Below, piece after piece: positions 39,250-52,374 of a stretch of 64,000 bases of DNA (positions are counted from its first letter, which is position 1; each line of letters starts with the position of its first letter). The notes beneath the pieces were generated by a model, which did no database searches, was not told the origin of the DNA, and was given only the letters and a program-made list of their open reading frames with translations. The position numbers and the translations under genes were made by a program. The stretch is from Octopus vulgaris (lineage: Eukaryota): positions 42,346,001 to 42,410,000 of the forward strand of contig OX597822.1 in assembly GCA_951406725.2 (NCBI GenBank), in the 5' to 3' direction.

Positions 39250-39620
39250 ATAGGTGTAGGAGTGACTGTGTGGTAAGTAGCTTGTTTACCAACCACATGG
39301 TTCCGGGTTCAGTCCCACTGCGTGGCACCTTGGGTAAGTGTCTTCTACTATAGCCTCGGGCCGACCAAAGCCTTGCGAGTGGATTTGGTAGACGGGAAAT
39401 GAAAGAAGCCCGTCGTGTGAGGGAGAGGGGTGTCTGTGTTTGTCCCCTCAACATCGCTTGACAACTGATGCTGATGTGTTTACATCCCCGTAACTTAGTG
39501 GTTCGGCAAAAAAAAAACCCAATAGGTTTACAAAGAATAAGTCCTGAGGTCAATTTGCTCGACTAAAGGCGGTGCTCTAGCATGGCCACAGTCAAATGAC
39601 TGAAACAAGTAAAAGAGTAA
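39250..39620 (+). mobile_element. SINE family B
   Basis: Similarity to 14357-14752. Confidence 0.85.
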
Positions 39621-40289
39621 TAACTAAGCTATCTTTGTATATATTATCCATACTTATCAGAATAAATACCTCAGCTTCTAAAGCATTAGAAATTAAACGA
39701 GAAACAAGTCATCTTCTTCAACTGTTAGTAGCTAAGACTTTCTTTTATTCCCTGTTCTTTGCATAACTATAAAGCCAATATATGATCAATCTGGTCAAAA
39801 TACTGACCCACACTTGCAGCTTATGGGAAATGTTATAGACTTTCCTTGTTGTTGAATGCAAACAAAAAGTATGTTAAGCAAAGATATGGTCAGAAGGTCA
39901 AAGAATTTTTATTCTGGACCTGCTACCTTAGCCAGAAATAGATATCTAGTGAATTGCGAAACAAGCAATAATGAAGGTAAATACATCTCATGCACCTGTA
40001 TCAGAACCATGATGAAATGGGTAAAGGCTTATAGGATTTCAGGTTAGGATTTGTGAAGTAAAACAAAGTTATCTAATGATGAGAGATATATCAACACCTA
40101 ACTGTATAAATGACACAAACACAATGGCATTATCAGGCAGATATTCTGCTATGGTTGATTTTGCCTTTCAGGTTCGATAAAATAGTACTGGTCAAGAACC
40201 GGGGTTGATGAAATCAACTAATCTCATCTCCCAAAATTTCAGGCCTTACACCTATCAGGCAGATATTCAGAATCTCACCACAAAAAAAC

Positions 40290-40566
40290 AACATCATGTG
40301 ACCACATGACCGATGAGGCTATCAGATGTTGTTACACATCACAAGTTACAATGCATTTTGCATTGTTTTGGCCTTCAAATGATACCCTCCCATCCTCGCT
40401 GGCTAAGCAAGCAGGCCAACATTCCTCCCAATCGAAAGGGGGACTGGAGCAATGTGAAATGAAGTGTTTTACTCAAGAACACATCGCACCATCTGATCAG
40501 GGTATCAAACCCACAATCTAGTGATTGTGAGGTACAACTGCCTAACCACTAGGCCACGTGCCTTCA
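40290..40566 (-). mobile_element. tRNA-derived SINE (related head to family D)
   Basis: Minus strand GTGAAGGCACGTGGCCTAGTGGTTAGG head, GTGTTCTTGAGTAAAACACTTCATTTCACATTGCTCCAGT. Confidence 0.7.
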
Positions 40567-40959
40567 CAAAAAAATGACATATCAATGTTTAAACTGCAAG
40601 TTATGTCTGAGCCTTATAAGGACAGCAGAATGCCAAGAGTCATTAAAACAACAGAGAAAACAAGAGATGTTATCTGCCATTCTATAGAAATTAGAGTAGT
40701 GGGCAAGATAATTTCAAAACATTTGGGGGTTGCACAAGTATTTGAACTGAGATAGCAAATTCAAACAGCAGAAATGAAAATTCCTTCTTAAACAAAAAGA
40801 CATAGCCAACAGAAAGAAACAGTTTCAGATATTTGATAGCCAGCATCTTCTTAGGGGAGATAATATGCTAGAAATGGATGTTAGTTCTGGTTTAATATGA
40901 AGGGAAAAAAAAGTTTTGAAGAAAACTTGTAAACAAAAAAGAATATTTATTCTACTTAC

Positions 40960-42189
40960 TCTTCTGTCTTTTGGATTGGTAAGACTTTCCACACTTCCAT
41001 TTTCAGGTTCCTTTTGGTATTTTAAAACAGGACCCAGTTCATCAAGGTTTATATAATCACTATTGCTTTGAGAATGTTGACACTTCCCTAATTGAATTGT
41101 TTTTTCATGCCCATGTTCAGGGCTTTCAAGATATCTGCTGGATGCCCCATAGTGATAGCTTTTGGGCCTTTCCAATGTTCTGATTGGATTGATTGAACCT
41201 TTACCAAAAGTACTATAATTTCCACTTCGCAATATCTCTTGGGGGTACTGATTATCAGAATTAACCACAACCTGGATACAAGCATCAAAGTTATTGTTAT
41301 TATTATTGTTGTTGTTGTTGTTGTTTATAGAAAAATTGGCTTGAGAAGAGGTTTCTGATGAATCGGGCCACCCAAAAGATGAGGAGGTAGTCACAGGAAC
41401 TGTTCCAGCATTATCACTACTAAAACTTCGGTTCAGTACAGTTGTGTTTGGTCTGGTTGGAGCCTTTGCTTTGGCAGCAGCTAACATCTCGGGTGTGGCA
41501 ACAGGAGCAGGATGTTTCTTCCTTTTCTCACCAGTAGCATGAGGCTTTTGTTTAGCTTCAACTGTTTTGATTTCAACTGGTTTAGTTTCAAACAGATTAG
41601 TTTCAAGTAGTTGAGTTTCAACTGGTTTAGTTTCAAACAGATTAGTTTCAAGTAGTTGAGTTTCAACTGGTTTGATTTCAGCTGGTTTAATTTGAAGTGG
41701 TTTAGTTTCAACTGGTTTAGTACTATTATCAGATGTATCTTTGGCAATAATTGGTGGCAATGGTCTGTTGTTGCCTGGGTAATAATCCTCCAATTTAAAT
41801 ACATAATCAGCAGGAACATAGATTACATTTCCATCTTCTATTTTTTCAACTTGCCACCAGTCATCAGCACTATTTGACACCAGCCGGTATATGTCCCCTT
41901 TAACCATAGTCACTTTATCTCCATTGTCGTAACTATATTCATAGTTATAAAGAGCTTTTAGAAAAACATCATCTTCCAACTCATCTTGCTCTGTTTTCTC
42001 AGACACACTTTCCCTAGTGCTGTCGCTACTCTCATCAAGGGACTGCATACCACTGTCATCACAAATGACAGCAGGAGACAGCTCCTTCTCCTCATATGTA
42101 TCACTGCCGTTGCTGCTTAAAGACAAGTTGTGTAAAGACAGTGGTTCACCCACACATGTCTTATTATTATTATTGTTGCTTGTAGTCAT
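40960..42189 (-). CDS. Large first coding exon of an SH3-domain protein, probably an ARHGAP12/ARHGAP27-like Rho GTPase-activating protein
   Basis: 410-codon open exon; acceptor (long CT tract)...ATATGTAG|GGCACGATG at 42195; donor AGAAGA|GTAAGT at 40960 (phase 0); SH3 FLKALYNYEYSYDNGDKVTMVKGDIYRLVSNSADDWWQVEK...IYVPADYV (41788-41967) resembles the ARHGAP12/27 N-terminal SH3 (YDYEY...DDWWQV...YVPAQYV). WW/PH/RhoGAP exons not identified, so the family call is inferred. Confidence 0.8.
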
Positions 42190-42628
42190 CGTGCCCTACA
42201 TATTGTAAGAGAAAGAAAGAGAAAAAGAAATCTTAATTCTTCAGTCAAACAAGAAATAATAAAGCAATGTTGAACATGAGAAAAGACATAGTTACATGGT
42301 AACATTAAATAATTATAGATTTAAGTAGGTAAATTAAATATAAATTTTCATAATTTTGTGATTAATTACAACTAATTTATATGAAAATAATTTATATGAA
42401 ATAGCTTTGTTGCATCTGATTGACCTTTTACAAGTACTGTCATGAACTGAACTGATATCAAACTATTACAAACCCTAGTGAATTATACATTAAAAAAATC
42501 AAATTAAGATATATCAGTTGATTATACATACATGTATGTGTGATAGAGAAAGACAAAGTGGAGAGACAGAATGTTGGAAGTAGGTAAATAGAAAGTAAAA
42601 GTAGATTCGAAAGAGTAACCAATATTAC

Positions 42629-43750
42629 CGCAGGAAGGTCACGTCACTATCGCCACGCTCTCTTTATTTTGTTCTATTTGATTATTCTACCTAATTCCGA
42701 ATAAAGAGAGACCTGACAAAACAAGGAATTCCCCGTCGTTTCACTCACAACAGCCATTAAAACATCCAAGATATTGTCTATATATATAGACAATACCGTG
42801 CTTCTTTGCCTCTGTTATCAATTACAAACCACAGACAAATTTCAGACAACTCTAGGGGAATAAATGGATGTATATGCAAATCTGTAATCGATGAATATAT
42901 AAGCAATACTAAAAATGAACTGACAGTTGTTGGAAAAAACGGGAAGCATGCCTTCCTCTCACTCAGAAATTGTAAAAGAATCAGAACAGTAAAGAAAACT
43001 GTAGTGTATAGACACGTGAGGTGAAGTGTTCGGTGGAGGGAGGTTAGTGAGGGTTTTTAAAGTAATCGATCAATATTCGTTCAGCAAGAGTTGAAGATGT
43101 AATGTCAATAGTATTGGAAGAGTATTGTGTGTATTTATGTGTGTAGAAGTGGTAGTAGTAGTTCACTAGTGTGATAATAATGATGATGATGATGGGGGTG
43201 GTAGTATACCTATCTGGGTTGGTGTAACAAACAATTTTAACAGATACGAGCTATCGAACTAACAAGCTGACAAACATTGAGGAAAAAAAAACAATCTATT
43301 CAACAGTAAATACAAAATATTATTAAACCTTCAACTTAGAACCAATTAAGAAGCTAAACAATTAGCCTAATTCCTCGTTCATTCGTATTATTGCTTTCTT
43401 CAACAGGTTGCTGTAGTTGGTGTCACTCACCGATTCAACTTCGTAGCTACCAGGTTCTTTAGCGACTGCCGTAAATTTTTTTAATTAATTTTTGTTTTTT
43501 TTTAATGAAACATCTTTCCAGCAAGTCTCGAAAACACACACAATTACACATTAGCGGGTGTGTTTGAGATTTAACCGAGCTATATACTCAACACAACTGA
43601 ATATGTTGAAATTATAACCGAGCTTTATGATGTTTGTGTAACGCGGTTAAACATCAAAATACTCAAAATTGAGTGCAACTGGACTTTAATTATTACCTGT
43701 AAATGACAGGTGTTTACAGTCTGGCTAATTAATTAATACTGAGGAGGAGA
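42629..43750 (-). promoter_or_regulatory. Candidate 5' UTR exon and promoter region of the SH3/RhoGAP gene
   Basis: Minus-strand donor TGCG|GTAATA at 42629; repeat-poor unique sequence with retained CpGs, unlike the CpG-poor downstream region. Confidence 0.35.
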
Positions 43751-44316
43751 ATATATTTTCTTTCACTAATTTTTTTTGTAAGATTATATCACCAATATTA
43801 TTTGGAAATACTGAAACAAATGCAGCGGAGGGAAAACGAGATTTATAAATTGTAATGACATAAATACAAAGAAGAATTTTTATTATTTAAAAATTTTGGC
43901 AACAGGCAAAACAAAGAAGAGATGGTCATGCACTTTCCAATTACATTAACGCCGCAAACGAAATACTGATGGACAAAATCGGTTTGCTAAGATATTATTG
44001 CCTCGATATCAACAAAATGTATTTCTTTATAATATACACGAAGATCGTGATGTTTGGAAGGAGGGAAAAAATACGGTGTAAGTGGCATATATGCTGTTCC
44101 CTAAGACCTTGACAATTTTAAATAAAACAACCACAGTTGAAAACATTAAAAAAGAAATACGACAGAATAGGGGTTTGTTTGATAAAAAGACTGTTTAAAC
44201 ATACATGTATACATGTGAATGTGTCGAGTACATACGAACGTGGCTATATGTATAGTATGTATGAATGAATGAACGTAATGATATACACACAATTATATAC
44301 TCTGACAATGCATATA

Positions 44317-44677
44317 CTCTTTTACTTGCTTCAGTCATTTGACTGTGGCCATGCTGGAGCACCGCCTTTTTAGTCGAGCAAATCGACCCCGGGACTTATT
44401 CTTTATAAGCCTAGTACTTATTCTATCGGTTTCTTTTGCCAAACCGCTAGGTTACGGGGACGTAAACACACCAGCATCGGTTGTCGAGCGATGTTGGGGA
44501 CACACACACAAACACACACACATATACAACGGGCTTCTTTCAGTTTTCGTCTACTAAATCCACTCACAAGGCTTTGGTCGGCCCGAGACTATAGTAGAAG
44601 ACACTTGCCCAAGGTGCCACGCAGTGGGACTGAACCCGGAACCATGTGGTTGGTAAGCAAACTACTTACCACACGCC
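44317..44677 (-). mobile_element. SINE family B, CpG-intact copy
   Basis: Reverse-complement similarity; a second partial copy at 44745-44950. Confidence 0.9.
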
Positions 44678-44959
44678 TATATATCATATAAATACAAAAT
44701 ATATATACATACATGTTATATATATATAATGTCTGTCCTTTTTTAACTTTCACTTGTCGCAGTCATTAGACTACGGCCATGCTGGAGCACCACCTCGAAG
44801 AATTTTAGTCAATGAATCTACCCCAGTATTTTTATTTTTTAAAGCCTTGTACTTATTCTATCGGTTTCCTTTGCCGAACTGCTAATTTACGCGGACGTAA
44901 ACATACCAACACCGGTTTCAAGAGGTGGTGGGGGACAAACACAGAAATATACAGAGAAG

Positions 44960-47405
44960 TGTAAACGATGAGCCGTATTTATCCAACAACCCCATCTTTC
45001 AACAAAAAGTGTAGGTATCTCACAACAGACAAACGCCCAAACAGAAGCACAATTCACCATAGCTAGGACAGGTCTTAGATTTTAGAATGGTACAGTAGGA
45101 GACAGAGTAGGAGAGAGGCTCAGTAACTCAATGGAAAAGTCACGAAAAATAAGGAGGTTGTGTGCTTCCCCACAGACAAGTCCAGCAGAATACTGATAGA
45201 CATTCTGCCAAATCACATCCAGGCAATGTAAACCTCACATCACCAACATGAGAAAAACAATGTTACAAACATATGAGGAGAGAGAAAAAATCCTCTATGC
45301 TCACATGATGATGTGAGCAAACATCCTGGGACCAAAGAAAAGCATAGCCAACAATTTCCAAGCTGCAAAAAAACAACATCCCAGTGCTGTATGGACTCCA
45401 CAACAATCACAAAATGAACACTGGTCCAGTACGAGGACTACTATCAAGACTGGTCTGTGGAGCTAAGATTGCTAGCAACTACAGAGTTTCCTACTTCCTC
45501 TCTATGATCATACACCCCAGAATCAAGCTGTCCCCAAATGTGTATGACAACACAGAAGACCTCCTCAGCAGAATCAAAGAAAGCAACTGCACCTAAGACC
45601 TGACAGGATGCATAAGAGGCAGTATGAATGTGGTGTCCCTATACCTATCCATCGACGTTGATTTTGCAGTGGATAAATGCATGGAGATGATCAGTGAAAG
45701 CAATGTGGAGTTTTGTGGTGTTGACGTAGAGGAACTGGGCTTCTTCCTTAGACTTACATGTGACAAAGAGTAACTCGACAAACACAACTATAGATGTTTC
45801 TGCTTCGGCAGACCAATACAAGGCAGATCTCCCACTATAATCTCAATATCGAAGAAAACCACTAAAAAAAGATGGAACAGGTGGACCAGAGCCATACAGA
45901 GCCCCCAACAACCATGATCAGATGAGAAAAACAGTCACACATGCAGTAGGTGTGAGTACCAAAGCTATATTAAAGGGCCACATGTTTAAGTTCAATAACA
46001 AAATATAAACTCAAGAAGAGGATGCAGCCATCAGTGGCAATATGATTGGAGAAGTAGCCAACCTCTTTATGGTATGGTGGGATAGGAGACTCAACACATA
46101 GCAGAAAGCCCCATAGCCCTAAACATGTATTCGTGCTATGTTGAAGATATCAACATAGCAGCAAAAGCACCTCCACAAGACAATATCTATGAACTAGAAG
46201 CTGGTACCATGGAGAGCATCCACTAAAGTATTCAGGTAACAGTACATTACCTGAGTAAGCACCCCAACTACAGACTGTTTAACACTGAACTCTGGCTGGA
46301 AACTAGGAATAACAAGGTCCAAATCTTCTATTCACACTATGCCAAAGCCATGGCCTCCAATTACCAGATCATAGCAATTGCCAAGGGTGATGAGAAATGT
46401 ATCCCACATGTGCAACCCAACAGAATTAGAGAGATACATACTCTTTATCCACCACATGCAGTTCTCTGGGTATAGCCAAAGAGACAGGATCAGGGTGTAT
46501 AAAGGAGCCATGGCAAAAGACCATCACAGGAGAGGATGCAAACAGGGCCTGTCCACTACACATGAGTAAATCATGAAATAGCATAAAAAGTGCTAAGAGC
46601 AAGAAAGGTTAGGTCAACTCATGGTATGACAGCCAAAAATACCAGAGTGTCATGTTTGTTGATACTACTCCTGGGGGAAAACTAGCATATCATTTTTAAA
46701 AAAAACTTTAAGCAAGATGAATATTCAGATTAAAACAGTAAAAAAGTCAGGAACTCCCATAAAATCCCTGATCTGTAGAGCATGCCCATTTGAAAGAAGT
46801 TTCTGTGCATAGTGCGTAAGCCCACAGATATGCCATAAAACTAGGAATGTAGTCTATAGTATAAGGTGTACAGAGGGATCGTGCAGAAACAGGACAAGAT
46901 ACATTGAAGAGACAGCCCACAGCATAGGAGAGGAGATAAGTGAACATTAGTAGGAACTCAAGGAGGAGAAAAGCTCATCAGTGATATACTAACATGCTAA
47001 ATTAGAACATGGGACCCAGTAGATAGCATACATGTTAGGACCCTATCAACATGGAGAACAGAAATGACACTGAGACATGTTACAGAGGCCACACACACAT
47101 AATAGAAGATAAACCAAACCTCAACAGCAAATGTGAATGGAATAACTTCCCACACGCCACAACACTATGCAACCTGATGACTAAAGACAAGAAATAAATA
47201 ACAGGCATAGGTACAAACTGTAATATACAAACCCATGACACATACACACGCACAGATCCGGATGTAAACACATGCACAGATAGGGATATATATCACATGA
47301 AGATAAAATGGAATAGGCAGGAAAAGACCAGAGAGAAGAACAGACATGAGGGCCAGAAAGTTACTCAAGCGGTCGCGGAATGTGTGATGAAACAAATCTG
47401 ACAAC
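44960..47405 (+). mobile_element. Decayed near full-length Penelope-like element (RT plus GIY-YIG endonuclease)
   Basis: Broken-frame motifs TDKSSR, PVLYGL, GSMNVVSLYLSID (~45618), IGEVANLFMVWWDR, YSCYVEDIN (~46128), HYAKAMAS, MQFSGYS, FVDTTPGGKL, VVYSIRC..YIEETAHS (GIY-YIG, ~46850-46920), LNSKCEWN. Confidence 0.85.
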
Positions 47406-47767
47406 TAAAGTAATAATAATAAAGTTAAAGTGAAGGTCAAATAAATAGTGCATGTGTTTATTGCCATAAGCTTACCATCCTTAAATATATTAACAGATAT
47501 ATACATATTTATATATATATGTATAAATATATATATACACACACACACATACACATATATATATATATATAAATACACACATATATATATATATACATAC
47601 ATACACATGCATATATGTACATACATATATACACATGCATATATATAAATACATATACACACATGCATATATATAAATACATACACACATGCATATATAT
47701 AAATACATACACACATAAATATATGTATATGCATATATATATACGTAAATAGATATATGTATATATC

Positions 47768-47825
47768 TAACTTAGAAAGGTTTTGGCCAGTATTGGCCGA
47801 GGTCATGTCTGTATGTATATGTATA

Positions 47826-47869
<44 letters not shown>

Positions 47870-47937
47870 TATATACATATATGTAACTTAGAAAGGTTTT
47901 GGCCAGTATTGGCCGAGGTCATGTCTGTATGTATATG

Positions 47938-47969
<32 letters not shown>

Positions 47970-48180
47970 CCGGAGTAAACACATAAATGTGAAACAAGGT
48001 GGAAAAAAGAGTACTCAAATACCAGTGGTAGAGTAATATGCTTTATTTTAAGCAGCAGAAAATTCAACAAAATCTGTTACTCTGAGTTTCTCGTTGCCGT
48101 TCATCAGACAGTTTTTGATGAACGGCAACGAGAAACTCAGAGTAACAGATTTTGTTGAATTTTCTGCTGCTTAAAATAAA

Positions 48181-48221
<41 letters not shown>

Positions 48222-48287
48222 CATATACATACAGACATGACCTCGGCCAATACTGGCCAAAACCTTTCTAAGTTATTCTAAGTTACA

Positions 48288-48290
<3 letters not shown>
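47768..48290. repeat. Nested direct and inverted repeats around a perfect 66-bp-arm hairpin (48041-48106 / 48116-48181)
   Basis: TAACTTAGAAAGGTTTTGGCCAGTATTGGCCGAGGTCATGTCTGTATG at 47768 and 47885, reverse complement at ~48217-48275; perfect inner palindrome with 9-nt loop. Confidence 0.95.
48069..48115 (-). ncRNA. Minimal type I hammerhead ribozyme motif
   Basis: Minus strand CTGT-CTGATGA-ACGGCAACGA-GAAA-CTCAGAG-TA-ACAG: stem I CTGT/ACAG, GCAA-capped mini stem II, near-palindromic stem III ACTC-A-GAGT, cleavage triplet GUA. Confidence 0.7.
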
Positions 48291-48327
<37 letters not shown>

Positions 48328-48599
48328 TATATACATATACATATATACAGATATATACATATATACATATATATACAGATATATACATATATACATATAT
48401 ACATATATATACATATATACATATATATACATATATACATATATATACATATATACACATATATACATATACATACATATATACACATATATATATATAC
48501 ATACATATACATACATATATACACATATATACATATACATACATATATACACATACATACATATATACACATATATACACATATATACATATATATATC

Positions 48600-48830
48600 T
48601 AAAAACTTGTTTATATAAACCATATCATAAAATAACAAGAACCTACAATATATAAACCACAATTCCAATCATCCACATGGAATAATCAAATCAATTATTA
48701 AAGGCATTTCACATCATATTTCAAAAATTTCTGCTGGTGAAGAAATATTTTTTCATTATATAAATTATTACAATTCAGCTCATTCCAGAGCAGGCTACAA
48801 AGATAAAATTGAATATACAACTAACACATA
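48600..48830 (+). mobile_element. Penelope-like element RT thumb-domain fragment (second PLE family)
   Basis: [60 protein letters not shown] resembles the Penelope YRKP..YIH..SNHP..GY signature. Confidence 0.75.
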
Positions 48831-49329
48831 TGAAAAACACAAATTAAGTAATAATAACCCATTTAGTAAATTAAATAAAAAAATATATATAGCCACACAG
48901 AATATCACAAAACTTATAACTCCAGAAATAAAGTGAATGCTAATTATCAAATCCATACATTAGCGAATAACCAAAGCAGCATTAATAGATTTAATAACTG
49001 TAAATACAAATTTAAAAACACTAATAATTATAATAATCCTACTGATAAAACTGGTTATGATTATAATAACTATCCTTTTCTACATGATATTAATAGCAAT
49101 GGTAATGGTAATGTTAATAATAGTAATAGCTATTTTGATGATGGTAATGATCTTGATATTAGCAGTAATATTAACAACAATAATGATAAAGTTGATAATA
49201 GCATATTTAATTATAATAAAATAGATTCATTACAATAACAATAGCAATAATTGTAAATCCAGTGAAAACAATACCTCTGCCTTCACTAAGATGGAAGTAA
49301 TTACAAAAATAATGAAAATGAAAAATATA

Positions 49330-51022
49330 CTCTTTTTTCTGCAATTTCATGTCAAAGCTGCAGCTATGCTGATGCACCGCCATTTTGTTACACTGTTATT
49401 ACTGAGAGCCTCCTGCAATGTGTGGCACTTGGTGAAGAATAGGGTTTGATGTAGCTACCCTCATTTGCACCTCTTGCCGGGAGGTAGGTTCATCTGGGAC
49501 TCTCGATAGGAATAGGTCTGGCTTTTATTTAAAAAACCCTAAATCTACTTTGTGCAGGTCCCTCAGGCTCTTTGGAAGAAGAATAAAAAGCTGTGGGCCC
49601 CTGAAACCCAAGCTGTTGCAGTAGCTGGTCCTGAAGTGCGATGGCATTGCTGGAATCTTTGGCACTATGCAGTGTCATCCTGTTCTGGCATTGGTGTAGC
49701 TTTCAATGCCAAAATTTCGCACAATCCCTTCCAGGATCTTCCAGATGTATATTACTACTTACCTCTTCCGTCTTCTCTCAAGGGAGTAGAGTTTTAACTG
49801 TTTCAGCCTTTCCTAGTAGCTGAGCAATTGTAAAGAGACGATCTTCTTTGTGAATCTTCTCTGGATTGCTTCAAGGTCTGCTGTTAATTTCACACTGGCA
49901 GGTGACCATAGCTGTGAGCAGTAATCTAGGTGGCTGAGGCTGAATGTCTTCCAGAGGACCATCATGGTTTCCTTATCTCTGGTTCTGAATGTTCTCAGGA
50001 TCCAGCCAGCCAGTCATCTACACTTTGTCACCATCCTGGTAATGTGCACTTGGAAAGAGGTATCATCACTCATGTTGATACCCAGGTCCCTCACTGATTT
50101 AGGCTCTGGGACTGAAATTCCCTGTGGGCCAGTGTACCCTGTAAGCTTAATATTCAGTTTTGGATGCTGGTAGTGCAGGGCCTGGAAGTTTTCAGCATTA
50201 AACTACATATTATAATCCTCAGCCCATCTGTAGGTTGAGTCCAACTCCTGCTGCAGATGTGCAACATTGCTGGGGTTCTGTATTTTCTGCGAAACTTTTA
50301 TATCATCTGCATAGCTTGCAAGGATGACTTTCCGGGCACTTGCAGACATATCTGAGAGGGGCACTATAAAAAACAGTGGTCCCAAGACAGTGCCCTGTGG
50401 AACACCACTCACTATTTGTGTTTTCATAGAGGTGGCTCCATTAGCCACTACTGCCTGACTTCTATCTTTCAGGAAGTCATGTAACTACTCTCCAAGTATT
50501 CCAGCTATGCCGACTTCACACAGTTTGTGGCATATCAAACCATGATCCACTTTGTCAAAAGCTTTTGCAAAATCAAGATATATTATGTCCACATTTGAGT
50601 TGTTGAGTAACTGCCTCAACATCCAGTCATAATGTTGTAAGAGCTGTGTCAGGCAGCTCCTACCTGGTCGAAAGCCATGCTGGGCATCACTCAGCAAGTT
50701 ATTTTCTTCAAGGAATGCGATTAGTTTCCCTCTGACTATCCATTCCATGACTTTGCTGATGTGTGAAGTCAGAGAGATAGGCCTATAGTTTTTGGCATCT
50801 GCTCTGCTTCCCCCTTTATGGATTGGGCATATAATTCCCTCCTTCAGCTTGCTTGGCAGTCTGCCACTTGCAAGAAAGCTCTGGAAGAGAATCTGGAGGG
50901 GCTTTGCCAGGGCATGCTTACATGATTTGAAGAGGATTGCTGGGAAACCATCAGGGCCAGCAGTTGAGTTTATATCCACTTCATCTATAGCTAGTAGTAT
51001 ACCTTCTTCGCTAATGTTGATG

Positions 51023-51023
<1 letters not shown>
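49330..51023 (-). mobile_element. 5'-truncated CR1/L2-group LINE with RT core, few stops
   Basis: AGPDG, KNYRPISLTSHISKVME, QHGFRPGRSC, YLDFAKAFDKVDH, SGVPQGTVLGPL, YADD, GWILRTF; 3' UTR and tail at 49330-49400. Confidence 0.92.
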
Positions 51024-51058
<35 letters not shown>

Positions 51059-51351
51059 GTATTTTTACCTTGTTAACAATTAACACAGTTATAGAGTGAG
51101 CATACACATGTAAGCATTGGCAAAAACATACATTTAGTGCATATAAGTAGTCTCTATCATTATATATAATTTAAACTTTAATTTCCTTTATATTTAACAT
51201 TCACTATTAATATCCCTACTCTTTCTGTTAGCTACTTATGACGTTATATCATATAACGTTTTTTTAAACAATATTAATAGCGTTCTGTCTATCGCTATAC
51301 AAATCCATCATTTTTTGCTAAAATGTCTTATTGACGAGTTTCATTTTTTTC

Positions 51352-51435
51352 ACTCTCCTGAGGAGAAGATTGCATTGTTTATACCATTTATTCTTTTGAA
51401 TAGTATCAGTGGAATTTTCGAAATGTGTCGAAAGT
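51352..51435 (+). ncRNA. Type I hammerhead ribozyme motif with long stem II
   Basis: Stem I ACTCTC/GAAAGT, CTGAGGA (51358-51364), stem II GAAGATT..CATTG..ATAC / GTAT..CAGTG..AATTTTC, GAAA (51420-51423), stem III A-TGTG-T (probably CpG-decayed ACGCGT), GUC site. Confidence 0.65.
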
Positions 51436-51475
51436 AAAAATATTTGATTACACCTGCGTTAACTCCATTTTTTTT

Positions 51476-51516
<41 letters not shown>

Positions 51517-51759
51517 GAGATAGGGGTTGTGAGTGTAACCCACTATGGGATATCATTTATCCAATATATTGCCAGTAAAGTACCCAGAAGGGCTAATACA
51601 TAAATGCTAAGAATTGCACTCATTGATGTGTACTGTTTTATTCTGTATTATTCTGTTTGGTCTAGTTGTTCCTGAATATTTAGTTAATAAATTATATGAA
51701 TTGGTATTATCTAGTAGTTGATGATTGATAGAAATCTATTCCTCCATTTTCTTATTTTA

Positions 51760-52124
51760 TATATATATATATATATAAATAGATATGTGATATATATATA
51801 TATAAATAGATATGTGATATATATATTATATATATATATGATATATACATATGTGATATATATATATTATATATATATATGATATATACATATGTGATAT
51901 ATATATATTATATATATATATGATATATACATATGTGATATATATATATTATATATATATATGATATATACATATGTGATATATATATATATATATATAT
52001 GATATATACATGTGATATTATATATATATGATATATACATATGTGATATATATTATATATATATATATATGATATATACATATGTGATATATATTATATA
52101 TATATATATATGATATATACATAT

Positions 52125-52160
<36 letters not shown>

Positions 52161-52334
52161 ATATACATATGTGATATATATTATATATATATATATATAT
52201 GATATATACATATGTGATATATATTATATATAATATATACATATGTGATATATATTATATATATATATACATATGTGATATATATTATATATATATATAC
52301 ATATGTGATATATATTATATATATATATACATAT

Positions 52335-52370
<36 letters not shown>
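51760..52370. repeat. (TA)n-derived satellite with GATATATACATATGTGA units
   Basis: Direct inspection. Confidence 0.9.

Positions 52371-52374
<4 letters not shown>

Noticed and set aside
40825-40959. C-terminal 44 residues of the 454-aa ORF
   Set aside because: Read-through past the GTAAGT donor at 40960 into intron
48933-49238. Asn-rich 101-aa ORF
   Set aside because: Degenerate (AAT)n low-complexity sequence next to a Penelope relic; no splice or domain support
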